Assembly: GCA_038322625.1 (NCBI GenBank)
Contig: JBBQGA010000015.1
Coordinates: 60,339-124,338, forward strand
From: Chloroflexia bacterium
GTDB lineage: Bacteria; Chloroflexota; Chloroflexia; Chloroheliales; Chloroheliaceae
DNA length: 64,000 nt
Direction: 5' to 3'
The position numbers and the translations under genes were made by a program. Position 1 is the stretch's first letter, and the number at the start of each line of letters is the position of its first letter. This document shows, in pieces, positions 9,840 through 18,201 of the stretch. A model generated the notes under the pieces. It made no database searches, was not told where the DNA came from, and saw only the letters and a list, made by a program, of their open reading frames with translations.

Positions 9840-11513
9840 TTATTTTTGCGGATAACGCCACAACCGGTAATGTAGCCCGACATTGCCCATTTCGACTTGC
9901 CAGCGAGCAGTGTTGGACGGGGTATAGGTCAGGACTCGCCGCTCAAAGACCTGGATCAACACATCTTTATCGACACCGCCGACTTTGACCCGGCTCCAGT
10001 AGGGTTCGGTGAGGGGTAAGCCGACGATAAAGACCCAATCGCGCGGCAAATCTTTGAAGGAGGCGACAAAGACCTGGGCGATATTGTGGCCGAGGGTCTT
10101 ATCGTAAAGGCCGTATTTTACATCGGCGGGTGGGGTAAGCTGGTTGACCTGACCGGCTACGCTCAGGCTTTCGTTGATGGCACGCCCGGTGCGGTCGTCG
10201 CTGCGGTGATCGTTGTGGAGCGAGGCGACGGAGGCAAAGCTGGCGTAAGTGGGAGCCTGCGGGTTGTCAAAGACATCACCGGCAACCGGGACGGTCGCAG
10301 GGCCGGGAGCGGGCTGAAACTGGTTATCGCCGGTTTGGATTTGCCCGCCGATCAATTCTTTGGGTAATAAGCCGCTGGTAACATACCACTCGCTGCCGGG
10401 GTCGACACCGGGATGAATGATTTCCAGGCGGGCTTTGTCGAAATACCAGACGTTGCGCTGCCCGTTGGGAGCCTCGACGTAAGGTTCGGTGAGGGTTTGA
10501 GAAATATCGGGGCCGTAGAGCCAGGTACGCTGGGTCTGGTTCTGGGCGACCGGGCCATCGACCTGACTCCAGAGGTTACGGATCGCCAGGGGTGATTTGA
10601 GCAAAGCCGGGGTCAGGGTCGGGCCGCCATAGAGGTGATCGCCGGTAGCAAAGCGGATGGTTCGGGTTTGCTTTTGGCCGTCAACTTTATAGACCATCGT
10701 AGCAGTATAGGTGTGGTCCGGGGCAAGTTTCTGGCGGGCGGCCAGGACAAAAGTGTTGCGAGTGGTATAAGTGCTGCCGGTACCGCTGACACTACCTACC
10801 AGGCTACCGTCCTGATCGGTCAGGTGAGTTTCAGCGTCGACCAGTTCCATTTTGCCGGGGCCGCGATAAGTCAAAGTCACCGGGTTGCCGATGGGGAAAC
10901 TAACACCACTAAAGATGTTTGGACTTTCACCCCAGAAGGTCGTACCAAAATTAAGGTAATCATTGGGCGGCCACTGGATAATGGGCGGATTGAACAGAAA
11001 ATCATGGTGGGTCGAGCCAAAGGAAACTACATCGGCGGCGTTTTTGCCAGTCGCCAGGCCGTAGCCAATGTCGGTATAGGCCGGTTCGAGGATCGGGGTG
11101 CGGTGCGAAACCGTGTTCATCAGGGAGTCAACGGCTCTAACCGGGTCGCCACTGGTGGTCATATCTTCGTTGACCTGGCCGGTATAGCCAAAGTGGGCAG
11201 CCCGGTCGGACATGGATGCGCCAGTGAAGCCATCCTTTTTAGCATCTTCGCCGTGTGGGTCGCCGGTCCAGCCATTTTTGCCGACATAGGCGGCGTGGCT
11301 ACTGGCCGATTGAGCCAGGGCCGGGTCGAGGCGGGCCGGTGGTACACCTGCCAGTGACCGGTAATAGTTTATCCGGTCGAGGGCGCGTTGTTGCTCCGGT
11401 GAAGGTGAAAAGCCCGCCGCGCCGACCGAATCGGGAGCCATATTCAGCAAAAGACCGGCCAGAAAGAGCGAAATCAATGACCCACGCTGAACCCAAACAA
11501 ATTTCTTACCCAA
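9840..11513 (-). CDS. secreted CAP/SCP/PR1-like domain protein with a conserved C-terminal module
   Basis: TTG start after AAGGGGA. Signal peptide. CAP-like motif (RINYYRSLAGVPPARLDPALAQSASSHAAY). The C-terminal ~250 aa are paralogous to the C-terminus of 18202..20049. Confidence 0.7.
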   Translation of the reverse strand: MGKKFVWVQRGSLISLFLAGLLLNMAPDSVGAAGFSPSPEQQRALDRINYYRSLAGVPPARLDPALAQSASSHAAYVGKNGWTGDPHGEDAKKDGFTGASMSDRAAHFGYTGQVNEDMTTSGDPVRAVDSLMNTVSHRTPILEPAYTDIGYGLATGKNAADVVSFGSTHHDFLFNPPIIQWPPNDYLNFGTTFWGESPNIFSGVSFPIGNPVTLTYRGPGKMELVDAETHLTDQDGSLVGSVSGTGSTYTTRNTFVLAARQKLAPDHTYTATMVYKVDGQKQTRTIRFATGDHLYGGPTLTPALLKSPLAIRNLWSQVDGPVAQNQTQRTWLYGPDISQTLTEPYVEAPNGQRNVWYFDKARLEIIHPGVDPGSEWYVTSGLLPKELIGGQIQTGDNQFQPAPGPATVPVAGDVFDNPQAPTYASFASVASLHNDHRSDDRTGRAINESLSVAGQVNQLTPPADVKYGLYDKTLGHNIAQVFVASFKDLPRDWVFIVGLPLTEPYWSRVKVGGVDKDVLIQVFERRVLTYTPSNTARWQVEMGNVGLHYRLWRYPQK

Positions 11514-11613
11514 AACAGTCCCCTTTGTATCGCAGAAATAATTTTAGAAAAATACGCTGTGAAAGCGACGGGTAAAGTTATCCCCGGCGATCTATGAGCT
11601 TAAAATACCTGAT

Positions 11614-12621
11614 GTGCCGAGTAGTGTCAAGCCGGGCATGACGGAAGGGGAGCCAGTAGTTTATAATAGGCCTATGATGCGTAAATTGATTTACAAGAAA
11701 ATAGGCGGCTGGCTCGGTTTGCTGCTGCTAAGTGGGCTATTGGCCGGTTGCGAGAGTAATCCTACCGCTCCCGTTGACACTTCGCCGAGTAAGACTACCG
11801 GTATTATCCAGGTGGGACCGACCACCGGGGGAGCGGTAGTAAGTACGGTCAGCCCGCTACAAACACTTCAGACAATGGGAGTAGTCAGTCCGGCAACCAC
11901 CGGGCAAGCAACGCCGACCGTTACGGTGCGGACAGTAGTCCCGATAACGGCTGGACCTGGCTCGGCACAGGCGCGGGACCGGGTAACTCAGGCGGTCGAG
12001 CAACTGACGGCTAATCAGACTTTCCGCTACAAACTGGTGCAAAGCGGCGAGCTAAAAAGCGGCACAAGCCTGACCCGCTTCGAGGCGCAGGGCGGCGGAG
12101 AATGGGAACTGCCGGCCTTTCACCAGTTGCTGACTTTTAGCCAGGGCGGCCAAACGCAAAAGCTGGAGGCTTACGGCACAGATAAACAACTTTTTCAGCG
12201 GGTGGTGTCGCTGGTAGCCTGGCGGCGGGTCACACCGCTGGTCGTTGGGCCTTTTCCCGACCTCAAACGGCTGGAGAGCGGTGCTAATTTTAAGGCGATG
12301 GGCCAGGAGAGTCTCAACGGGCAGTCGGCCCTGAAATTCGTTTGGGAAATGCCGGCCAGCGGGTTTTTCCCGGCGGCGGGTGGGCCGGAAAGTCTGGGCG
12401 CACTGACGGTCAGTAATTTATATCTGGCCTTCGACCCGGCCAAAGCTAGCCCTGCTCAGGCGACGATCTGGGTCAATCCGGCCAACAGCCAATTTTTGCG
12501 CTACCGGCTCGATGCAACCCTGACCAATGGTGATACAACCCTGGTCTATGGTGCAACCTATGATTATTATGATTTAAGTAGCCCTCTCAGCGTAACACCG
12601 CCCAACGATTTGCCCCGTTAA
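11614..12621 (+). CDS. putative lipoprotein, function unknown
   Basis: Lipobox LLAGCES. The true start is possibly ATG at 11674 (MMRKLIYKK). Confidence 0.55.
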   Translation: MPSSVKPGMTEGEPVVYNRPMMRKLIYKKIGGWLGLLLLSGLLAGCESNPTAPVDTSPSKTTGIIQVGPTTGGAVVSTVSPLQTLQTMGVVSPATTGQATPTVTVRTVVPITAGPGSAQARDRVTQAVEQLTANQTFRYKLVQSGELKSGTSLTRFEAQGGGEWELPAFHQLLTFSQGGQTQKLEAYGTDKQLFQRVVSLVAWRRVTPLVVGPFPDLKRLESGANFKAMGQESLNGQSALKFVWEMPASGFFPAAGGPESLGALTVSNLYLAFDPAKASPAQATIWVNPANSQFLRYRLDATLTNGDTTLVYGATYDYYDLSSPLSVTPPNDLPR

Positions 12622-12760
12622 ATTTTTGTTTGCCCGCTACAAACTACAAACCTTTCCGAGGCGGTTGATTACGCCCGCCGCCAGCCTTTTCGCCGCTTTG
12701 ATAAATCGAGACGTGCTATAATTATAACGAGACTGATAAAAAAAGAGGACGATACTTAAA

Positions 12761-15154
12761 ATGGATCATCAAAAATTAGCCGATATATTAGAGTCGGTTA
12801 GCGGTGAGGTTAAAGAACGCTGGCATAACGCCTGGCAAAGCCAGATTCAGGCGGCCCTGGCGATAGGTCGGACGGTTTACAATCCTTATACCGATGGCCG
12901 GGATGAGACGGAAGCCTTGCTCGGCTCCATCGCGGTCGTTCCATCGGTGGAACCGTCGGCGGAAGTCTGCCTGGACGCGTCGAAACTGAATGACCCGGCT
13001 GAAATGGAAGAACAGCCTCCAATGCGTTCGCCAATGGCGATCAGTGCCCATAATATTTACCCGGAATATTATTCCAGGTTGATCGAGAGTATTCGCAGTG
13101 AAGATTTAGGTGGCTTTTGCGAATTTATGACGGTAGAAGGAAGTAAATGGGCCTTAGTAGAAGTACCGGTCGATGAATTGGTTTCCCAGACGATGGCCTT
13201 TTGTCAGGAAGTGGTCGACGCGCTTTACAATACCACGACTTTGAAGTTGGAGCTGGAAGAACGCCGCCAGGTGGTGCGTCTGCTGGAAGGTCTGGAGCGG
13301 CAGGGAGCGGCGGCCATTATGAAAGGTTACGTCGATGGGCGGGACAGGCTGTTGATGCGGGCACTTTCCTCGAACCGGCCTACCAACGACAGCAGTAACC
13401 TGAGTCCGATTGTAAAAGGTACCGTGATGGGCGGCTTTGGCGAACAGGTACGCCGCTCGCTGGACGAACTGGAAGCTTTACATAAAGTAAATAGCGCGGT
13501 AAACAGTAGCCTGGACCTGGACTCGGTTCTAAACCTGACGGTTCAGGCGGTGGCCGAGGTGATGAACGTAGATGTCTGCGCGGTGTACGTCTTCGACCGA
13601 GAGCAAGAAAATCAGGAGTCGATGATTTTGCGGGCCGCCAGAGGCTTGAACCAGAAAGCCATCGGCAATGTGCGGGTTCATGTTGGCGAAGGCGTGACCG
13701 GGGCCAGCGCGAAAGAAGGCAAACCGATCTCGGTTTATGATATTTGGGCCGACAGTCGCTTCCGGTACGTGCCGACCCTCCACGAGGATTCGAGCCGCTC
13801 GATGTTGAGTGTGCCGGTTATCTTGTTTACTCGGGAAAAGCTGGTCGGCGTGATCAATGTGCAATCACGTTCGTACCGGAGCTGGACAACCGAAGAAATC
13901 CGGTTTCTGGAGATGGTAGCCGGGGAAATTGCGATGGCAATCGAGAACGCCCGGCTTTACCAGCAGACCGACGAGCGGTTGCGCCAAAAGGTGCAGGAGT
14001 TAACCACCCTTCAAACGGTCTCGAATATGGTAGTAGCTTCGCTAGACCTGAGCAAAGTGTTGCATTTGATCGTGGAACAGGCCAGTTTGTTGGTAGGGGC
14101 CGATATGTCCTCGATTTACGAATTGAAAGCCGATAGTGCCTACCTGACGATTATTGCCAATCACGGTCTGAGCGAAGAATATGTAAAGAATATGCGAGTG
14201 AAGCTGGGCGAGGGGCCGGTGGGCCGCTCGGCGGAGCTAAATCGCCCGGTAAACGTTTGGGATGCTCATTTTGAATTGCACGATGGGGAAAGTTATTATT
14301 TCAAAGACCAGTACCGCTCGGCGATGTGTGTACCGTTGGCCGGAGCGCGCGGGGTGCTGGGAGTGATTTGCCTGTATACACGGGCGCAACGCCATTTTAA
14401 CGATGAGCAGCTTCAGATAATTTCAGCCTTTGCCGACCAGGCCGCGATTGCGATTGAGAATGCCCGTCTGTACGAGGAGACCCGGCGGGGTCTTTCGATC
14501 AAATCGGCTTTGCTCCAGGAGATGCACCACCGGGTACGCAACAATTTGCAGACGGTCGCGGCCTTGCTATCGATGCAAATGCGGCGGACCCAAAACCTGG
14601 AAGTGGCGATTCCACTGGCCGAGAGTGTCGCCCGGATTCAGTCGATTGCGGCGATCCACGATTTACTAAGCCGGGAAGATGTGGGTGTGACGACGGTCGA
14701 GGCGGTCGCCAAAGAAATCACCGATATTGCCAGCGTGAGCCTGGTGCCGGGCGATAAACGCATCCGCTTCAAGATCGATGAAAGCCACGTGCCGGTCGCC
14801 AGCAAAGAGGCGACCCTGCTGGCTATTTTGATAATGGAACTCGTATCCAACGCGATCTTTCACGGCTTCGAGGATACTACCGAAGGTGAAATTCGGATCA
14901 GTGCTTTTATCGATGAAGGCCGGACTCAGATCGAGGTGCGCGATAATGGCCGGGGTTATCCGTCCGATTTCAACCTGGAAACCTCCAAAACCGGCCTGGG
15001 AATGCAGATCGTCAAGACATTGGTGACGACCGATTTACAGGGTAAATTCCGGGTCGAAAACATTAATAACTGGGCCACTGCGACCATTATCTTTAACAGC
15101 GTGTACGGCCAGACTACCGAAAGCGGTGTCGGCGATGAAATGCTGGCTTACTAG
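12761..15154 (+). CDS. GAF-domain sensor histidine kinase (HisKA_2 type)
   Basis: Two GAF-like regions. H-box HHRVRNNLQTVAALLSMQ, N-box ELVSNAIFHG, G-boxes DNGRGYP and GLGMQIV. Confidence 0.85.
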   Translation: MDHQKLADILESVSGEVKERWHNAWQSQIQAALAIGRTVYNPYTDGRDETEALLGSIAVVPSVEPSAEVCLDASKLNDPAEMEEQPPMRSPMAISAHNIYPEYYSRLIESIRSEDLGGFCEFMTVEGSKWALVEVPVDELVSQTMAFCQEVVDALYNTTTLKLELEERRQVVRLLEGLERQGAAAIMKGYVDGRDRLLMRALSSNRPTNDSSNLSPIVKGTVMGGFGEQVRRSLDELEALHKVNSAVNSSLDLDSVLNLTVQAVAEVMNVDVCAVYVFDREQENQESMILRAARGLNQKAIGNVRVHVGEGVTGASAKEGKPISVYDIWADSRFRYVPTLHEDSSRSMLSVPVILFTREKLVGVINVQSRSYRSWTTEEIRFLEMVAGEIAMAIENARLYQQTDERLRQKVQELTTLQTVSNMVVASLDLSKVLHLIVEQASLLVGADMSSIYELKADSAYLTIIANHGLSEEYVKNMRVKLGEGPVGRSAELNRPVNVWDAHFELHDGESYYFKDQYRSAMCVPLAGARGVLGVICLYTRAQRHFNDEQLQIISAFADQAAIAIENARLYEETRRGLSIKSALLQEMHHRVRNNLQTVAALLSMQMRRTQNLEVAIPLAESVARIQSIAAIHDLLSREDVGVTTVEAVAKEITDIASVSLVPGDKRIRFKIDESHVPVASKEATLLAILIMELVSNAIFHGFEDTTEGEIRISAFIDEGRTQIEVRDNGRGYPSDFNLETSKTGLGMQIVKTLVTTDLQGKFRVENINNWATATIIFNSVYGQTTESGVGDEMLAY

Positions 15155-15175
15155 CCGCTCATTGGTTAAAAATGA

Positions 15176-15366
15176 GTAACCACACCCCAACGCTCTGCAA
15201 AGGAAGGAAGCAGGGGTCGTGGGGGCCGGGTACCCACTGGGTGCCCTGCGGAGGGGTCATACAGGCGGGTACCCTCTGAGTGCCCCTGTAAACTATTTTT
15301 TCTTCTTCTTTTCCCCACACTCTGGAGTGCCTGGGGAGGGGTCCGGGGTGGAGCCTGAGTAGTTAC
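15176..15366 (-). mobile_element. MITE-like repeat, copy 1 (inverted relative to copies 2 and 3)
   Basis: Its reverse complement aligns along its length with 20059..20214 and 36455..36629. Termini are GTAACYAC...GTAGTTAC. Confidence 0.7.
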
Positions 15367-15425
15367 ATAAAAGTATCAATATTGGAAACCTACCCTGATC
15401 TTTTCAAAGGTTGAGAAGTAGAAAT

Positions 15426-15472
15426 AAAGAGAGAAACTTTGGTGAAATAGCTAAAGTTTTCTCTCTTTTTTT
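15426..15472 (+). terminator. intrinsic terminator downstream of the histidine kinase gene and MITE copy 1
   Basis: Stem AAAGAGAGAAACTTT / AAAGTTTTCTCTCTTT (one bulge) followed by TTTTTT. Confidence 0.6.
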
Positions 15473-15589
15473 ATGCTGCTAAAAATTCGATTTGTCCGGT
15501 TGTGAACTATGACCGTATCTTATATAGATGGTAATCGCAAGCCATCTGCGAAATTAGTGCAATTATAAAGGAGAAGGGATTACACACAA

Positions 15590-16207
15590 ATGGAATTAGA
15601 ACAGACCCCTGAATCAACCGGTGCAAACGTGGAGGATGGTACTTCTTTGCATCGCCGCCGGTTTGTTAAGAGAATGGCCTTCGCCGGATTAGGTCTTAGC
15701 TTTGGCTTGAGTGCCTGTGGCGACGCGACCAATACCCCCGCCGCCCCTGCTGCCGCTACCTCGGCTTCCACGACAGTGGTCGCCACGACCGCCGCCGCTA
15801 CTACGACTGTCGCCCCGGCTACCACGACCGCCGCAGTCACTACCGCTCCAGCTGCCAGCACCACCGCCAGTGGCGCGACTTCGGCTGCCGCTTCCGGTAA
15901 CGCTCCGGCTGGCTATACCCAGGTCGGTAAACTGACAGGCAGTGCCGTACCGGTCAGTTTTACGGTCGACGGCAAAAAGGGCTATATCTACGCCAAAAGC
16001 CCCACCGAGATAACCGTTTTCACCAGCAAATGTACGCATAAAGGCTGCGAAGTTCCTTACGTCGAGGCCGATAAGAAATTTGAGTGCCCCTGTCACGGTA
16101 GTCAATATGATCCCAGTGGCGAGGTTATCAAAGGGCCAGCTCCCGCCCGATTACCCCTCTTTGATAGCAAAGTTGTCGGAGAGATAGTATATGCTAAACT
16201 AAGTTAG
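15590..16207 (+). CDS. Tat-exported Rieske [2Fe-2S] domain protein
   Basis: Twin-arginine signal (RRRFVKRMAFAGLG). Rieske motifs CTHKGC ... CPCHGS. AAGGAG RBS. Confidence 0.85.
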   Translation: MELEQTPESTGANVEDGTSLHRRRFVKRMAFAGLGLSFGLSACGDATNTPAAPAAATSASTTVVATTAAATTTVAPATTTAAVTTAPAASTTASGATSAAASGNAPAGYTQVGKLTGSAVPVSFTVDGKKGYIYAKSPTEITVFTSKCTHKGCEVPYVEADKKFECPCHGSQYDPSGEVIKGPAPARLPLFDSKVVGEIVYAKLS

Positions 16208-16233
16208 GGAATTCGGCCAGGAGTGAAACAACC

Positions 16234-16872
16234 TTGAAAGGAACAGTTGTAATTAAAGATAAAACTGGACCGGCTAGTGAAGTCTTAATTTCTCAAGACC
16301 TGGAACAACTAAACGATATTCATTTAGTTGAAAAGATGCAACTTGGCGAGGTTGCCGCTTTCAGCACACTTTACGACCGTTATGGCGGGCAAGTTTATGC
16401 TTTCCTGCTAGGCAGGGTAGAAACCGGACTGGCCGAAGAACTACTTCAAGATATTTTTGTAACACTATGGCATAAAGCCGGTCAGTACGACCAGACGCGA
16501 GGCTCTTTCAAAGCCTGGTTTTTTACCCTCGTGCGCCACCGGCTTTATGATGCTTTACCGGCTTACCGGCGGCGACAGTTGGAAAAGTTGCTTTCGGAGC
16601 CAGTTTATAATGAGAAAGTAAGCGGGCTGGTGGACGAAGGCCAGAACGTGGAGGCTCAGACGCTAGCCCTTTTTAGAGATGAGGAAGTGCGTCAGGCCCT
16701 CTTATTTCTGCCAGCCGAGCAGCGTCAGATTATTTTTTTGTCATATTTTGTGGGTGTAAGCCAACGCGAAATTGCCCAACAGTTAAAATTACCCCTGACG
16801 ACCATCAAAGGACGGGCACGGCTGGGTTTACATGGGCTTCGACAGTTATTAAAAGTAGTAGAAACAGAGTAA
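16234..16872 (+). CDS. ECF-type RNA polymerase sigma-70 factor
   Basis: Region 2 (LVEKMQLGEVAAFSTLYDRYGGQVYAF ... WFFTLVRHRLYD) and a region 4 HTH (SQREIAQQLKLPLTTIKGRARLG). TTG start. Confidence 0.85.
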   Translation: MKGTVVIKDKTGPASEVLISQDLEQLNDIHLVEKMQLGEVAAFSTLYDRYGGQVYAFLLGRVETGLAEELLQDIFVTLWHKAGQYDQTRGSFKAWFFTLVRHRLYDALPAYRRRQLEKLLSEPVYNEKVSGLVDEGQNVEAQTLALFRDEEVRQALLFLPAEQRQIIFLSYFVGVSQREIAQQLKLPLTTIKGRARLGLHGLRQLLKVVETE

Positions 16873-16894
16873 ACAGTAGTTACAGGTAAGGGAC

Positions 16895-17734
16895 ATGTCA
16901 AATAAGAACCCAGAAAACCTCAACCCAATGACGTGTGAGGATATAAACGATATTGAAGAAGATTACCTGAACGGTGTTTTATCAGGCACGCCGGAGGAGG
17001 AACGAGTGACTCGGCACTTAAAAAGTTGCGCCGATTGTAGAAAAAAACTGTGGGCTTATCAGGAGTTGCTGGGCCGATTATTTGCCAGCCTCGAACCAGT
17101 ACCGCCGCCGCCTTACATCAAAACGGCCTTGCTCGATAAGCTAAATCCTTCAGCCGCTTCTGGCGAAACTCAGCCCGTGCCAACCCAACCCGGCAGTCGC
17201 CCGGTCAGGCCTGATCAGCCTCACTTGCGCCGGAAATGGTTACGCTGGCCTGTCCTGACCCAGGCTGTGACGGTGGCTCTGGTTATCGGGTTAGGTCTGT
17301 GGGTGTTTATGCTAAATCTGGAACTTCAAACTACCAGACTGCTGCAAAGTCAGAGCCAACAATTACTGACCCTGGCTGCCGCCCCGGACAGCGCAATCTG
17401 GGAAATGCGTACCGGTCAGGCCTATGACCCGACAGCACCCAGAGCACGAATGTACGTTCAGTCCGATACAAACTTCTATCTGGTAACTGCATCCAACTTC
17501 CAGCCCGCCCCGGTTGGTCAGGTTTATATGGTCTGGTACGTCCAGTCCGCTCAGGTACAATCGGGGGGTAAATTCATACCTAACGGCAAAGGACAGGTGG
17601 ACTTAAAAATAGTGCGCCCGGACCTGAACACAGCCAGGGCAGAAATTACAGCCTGTTTTATTACCCTCGAAAAGATTAACGGCTCAACCGAACAACCCAA
17701 TAACCCTCCCATAGTGCGCTGGAACAAAGGGTAA
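16895..17734 (+). CDS. anti-sigma factor (zf-HC2 N-terminus, one TM helix, RskA-like extracytoplasmic domain)
   Basis: HLKSCADCRKKL motif, a TM helix, and a position directly after the ECF sigma gene. Confidence 0.7.
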   Translation: MSNKNPENLNPMTCEDINDIEEDYLNGVLSGTPEEERVTRHLKSCADCRKKLWAYQELLGRLFASLEPVPPPPYIKTALLDKLNPSAASGETQPVPTQPGSRPVRPDQPHLRRKWLRWPVLTQAVTVALVIGLGLWVFMLNLELQTTRLLQSQSQQLLTLAAAPDSAIWEMRTGQAYDPTAPRARMYVQSDTNFYLVTASNFQPAPVGQVYMVWYVQSAQVQSGGKFIPNGKGQVDLKIVRPDLNTARAEITACFITLEKINGSTEQPNNPPIVRWNKG

Positions 17735-17777
17735 AATGCCCCACTGGTTGCACTTTTTCAAGCCTTTGAATGTTTAA

Positions 17778-18035
17778 TCAGTACCGAAAAGGTGCGCCAG
17801 GCCGTCGGCACGTTAGCAAATGATGTTGTGCCCCCAATAAAATTGAGAAATCAAAGCATTTCCACTCCAAGCGACCACGCACGGCCTCAGCTGCCTGGTG
17901 GTCGGTCAGACCCTCGGTGAATTGATTAATTGTGACCTGAGCTAATCGCCAGGGAGATAGAGCGGGTTGACCATGTGAAGGAAACAACTCACTAAAATCT
18001 TTATCTTGATAGAACACCCCTAATTCATCACGCAT
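17778..18035 (-). pseudogene. N-terminal remnant of an IS5/IS1182-family transposase (InsH-N-like domain)
   Basis: FPSHGQPALSPWRLAQVTINQFTEGLTDHQAAEAVRGRLEWK matches the conserved N-terminal transposase domain. Similarity is lost after about 60 aa. Confidence 0.6.
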
Positions 18036-18201
18036 CCCCCTGAATTCAGGAGGTATAGACGTAATAAGAATCCTGTTTCGCAGCTAATAATTGCTCTTGC
18101 CATATATTTACAAACACGTTACTGGCTTTTAACCCGCTTCCCCTCAACCTCTGGTATGCTCAAATCAAAGAGGATAAGCTCTTTTAGTATTAGTTTATCA
18201 A

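Noticed and set aside
10635-11357. A 240-aa plus-strand ORF antisense to the CAP-domain gene. Similar long antisense ORFs occur at 8205..8819, 22622..23179, 27497..28264, 32680..33342, 38244..38915, 40894..41655 and 44112..44741.
   Set aside because: Each is the mirror frame of a gene with clear family motifs in GC-rich DNA. They have low-complexity, Arg/Gly-rich composition and no motifs of their own.
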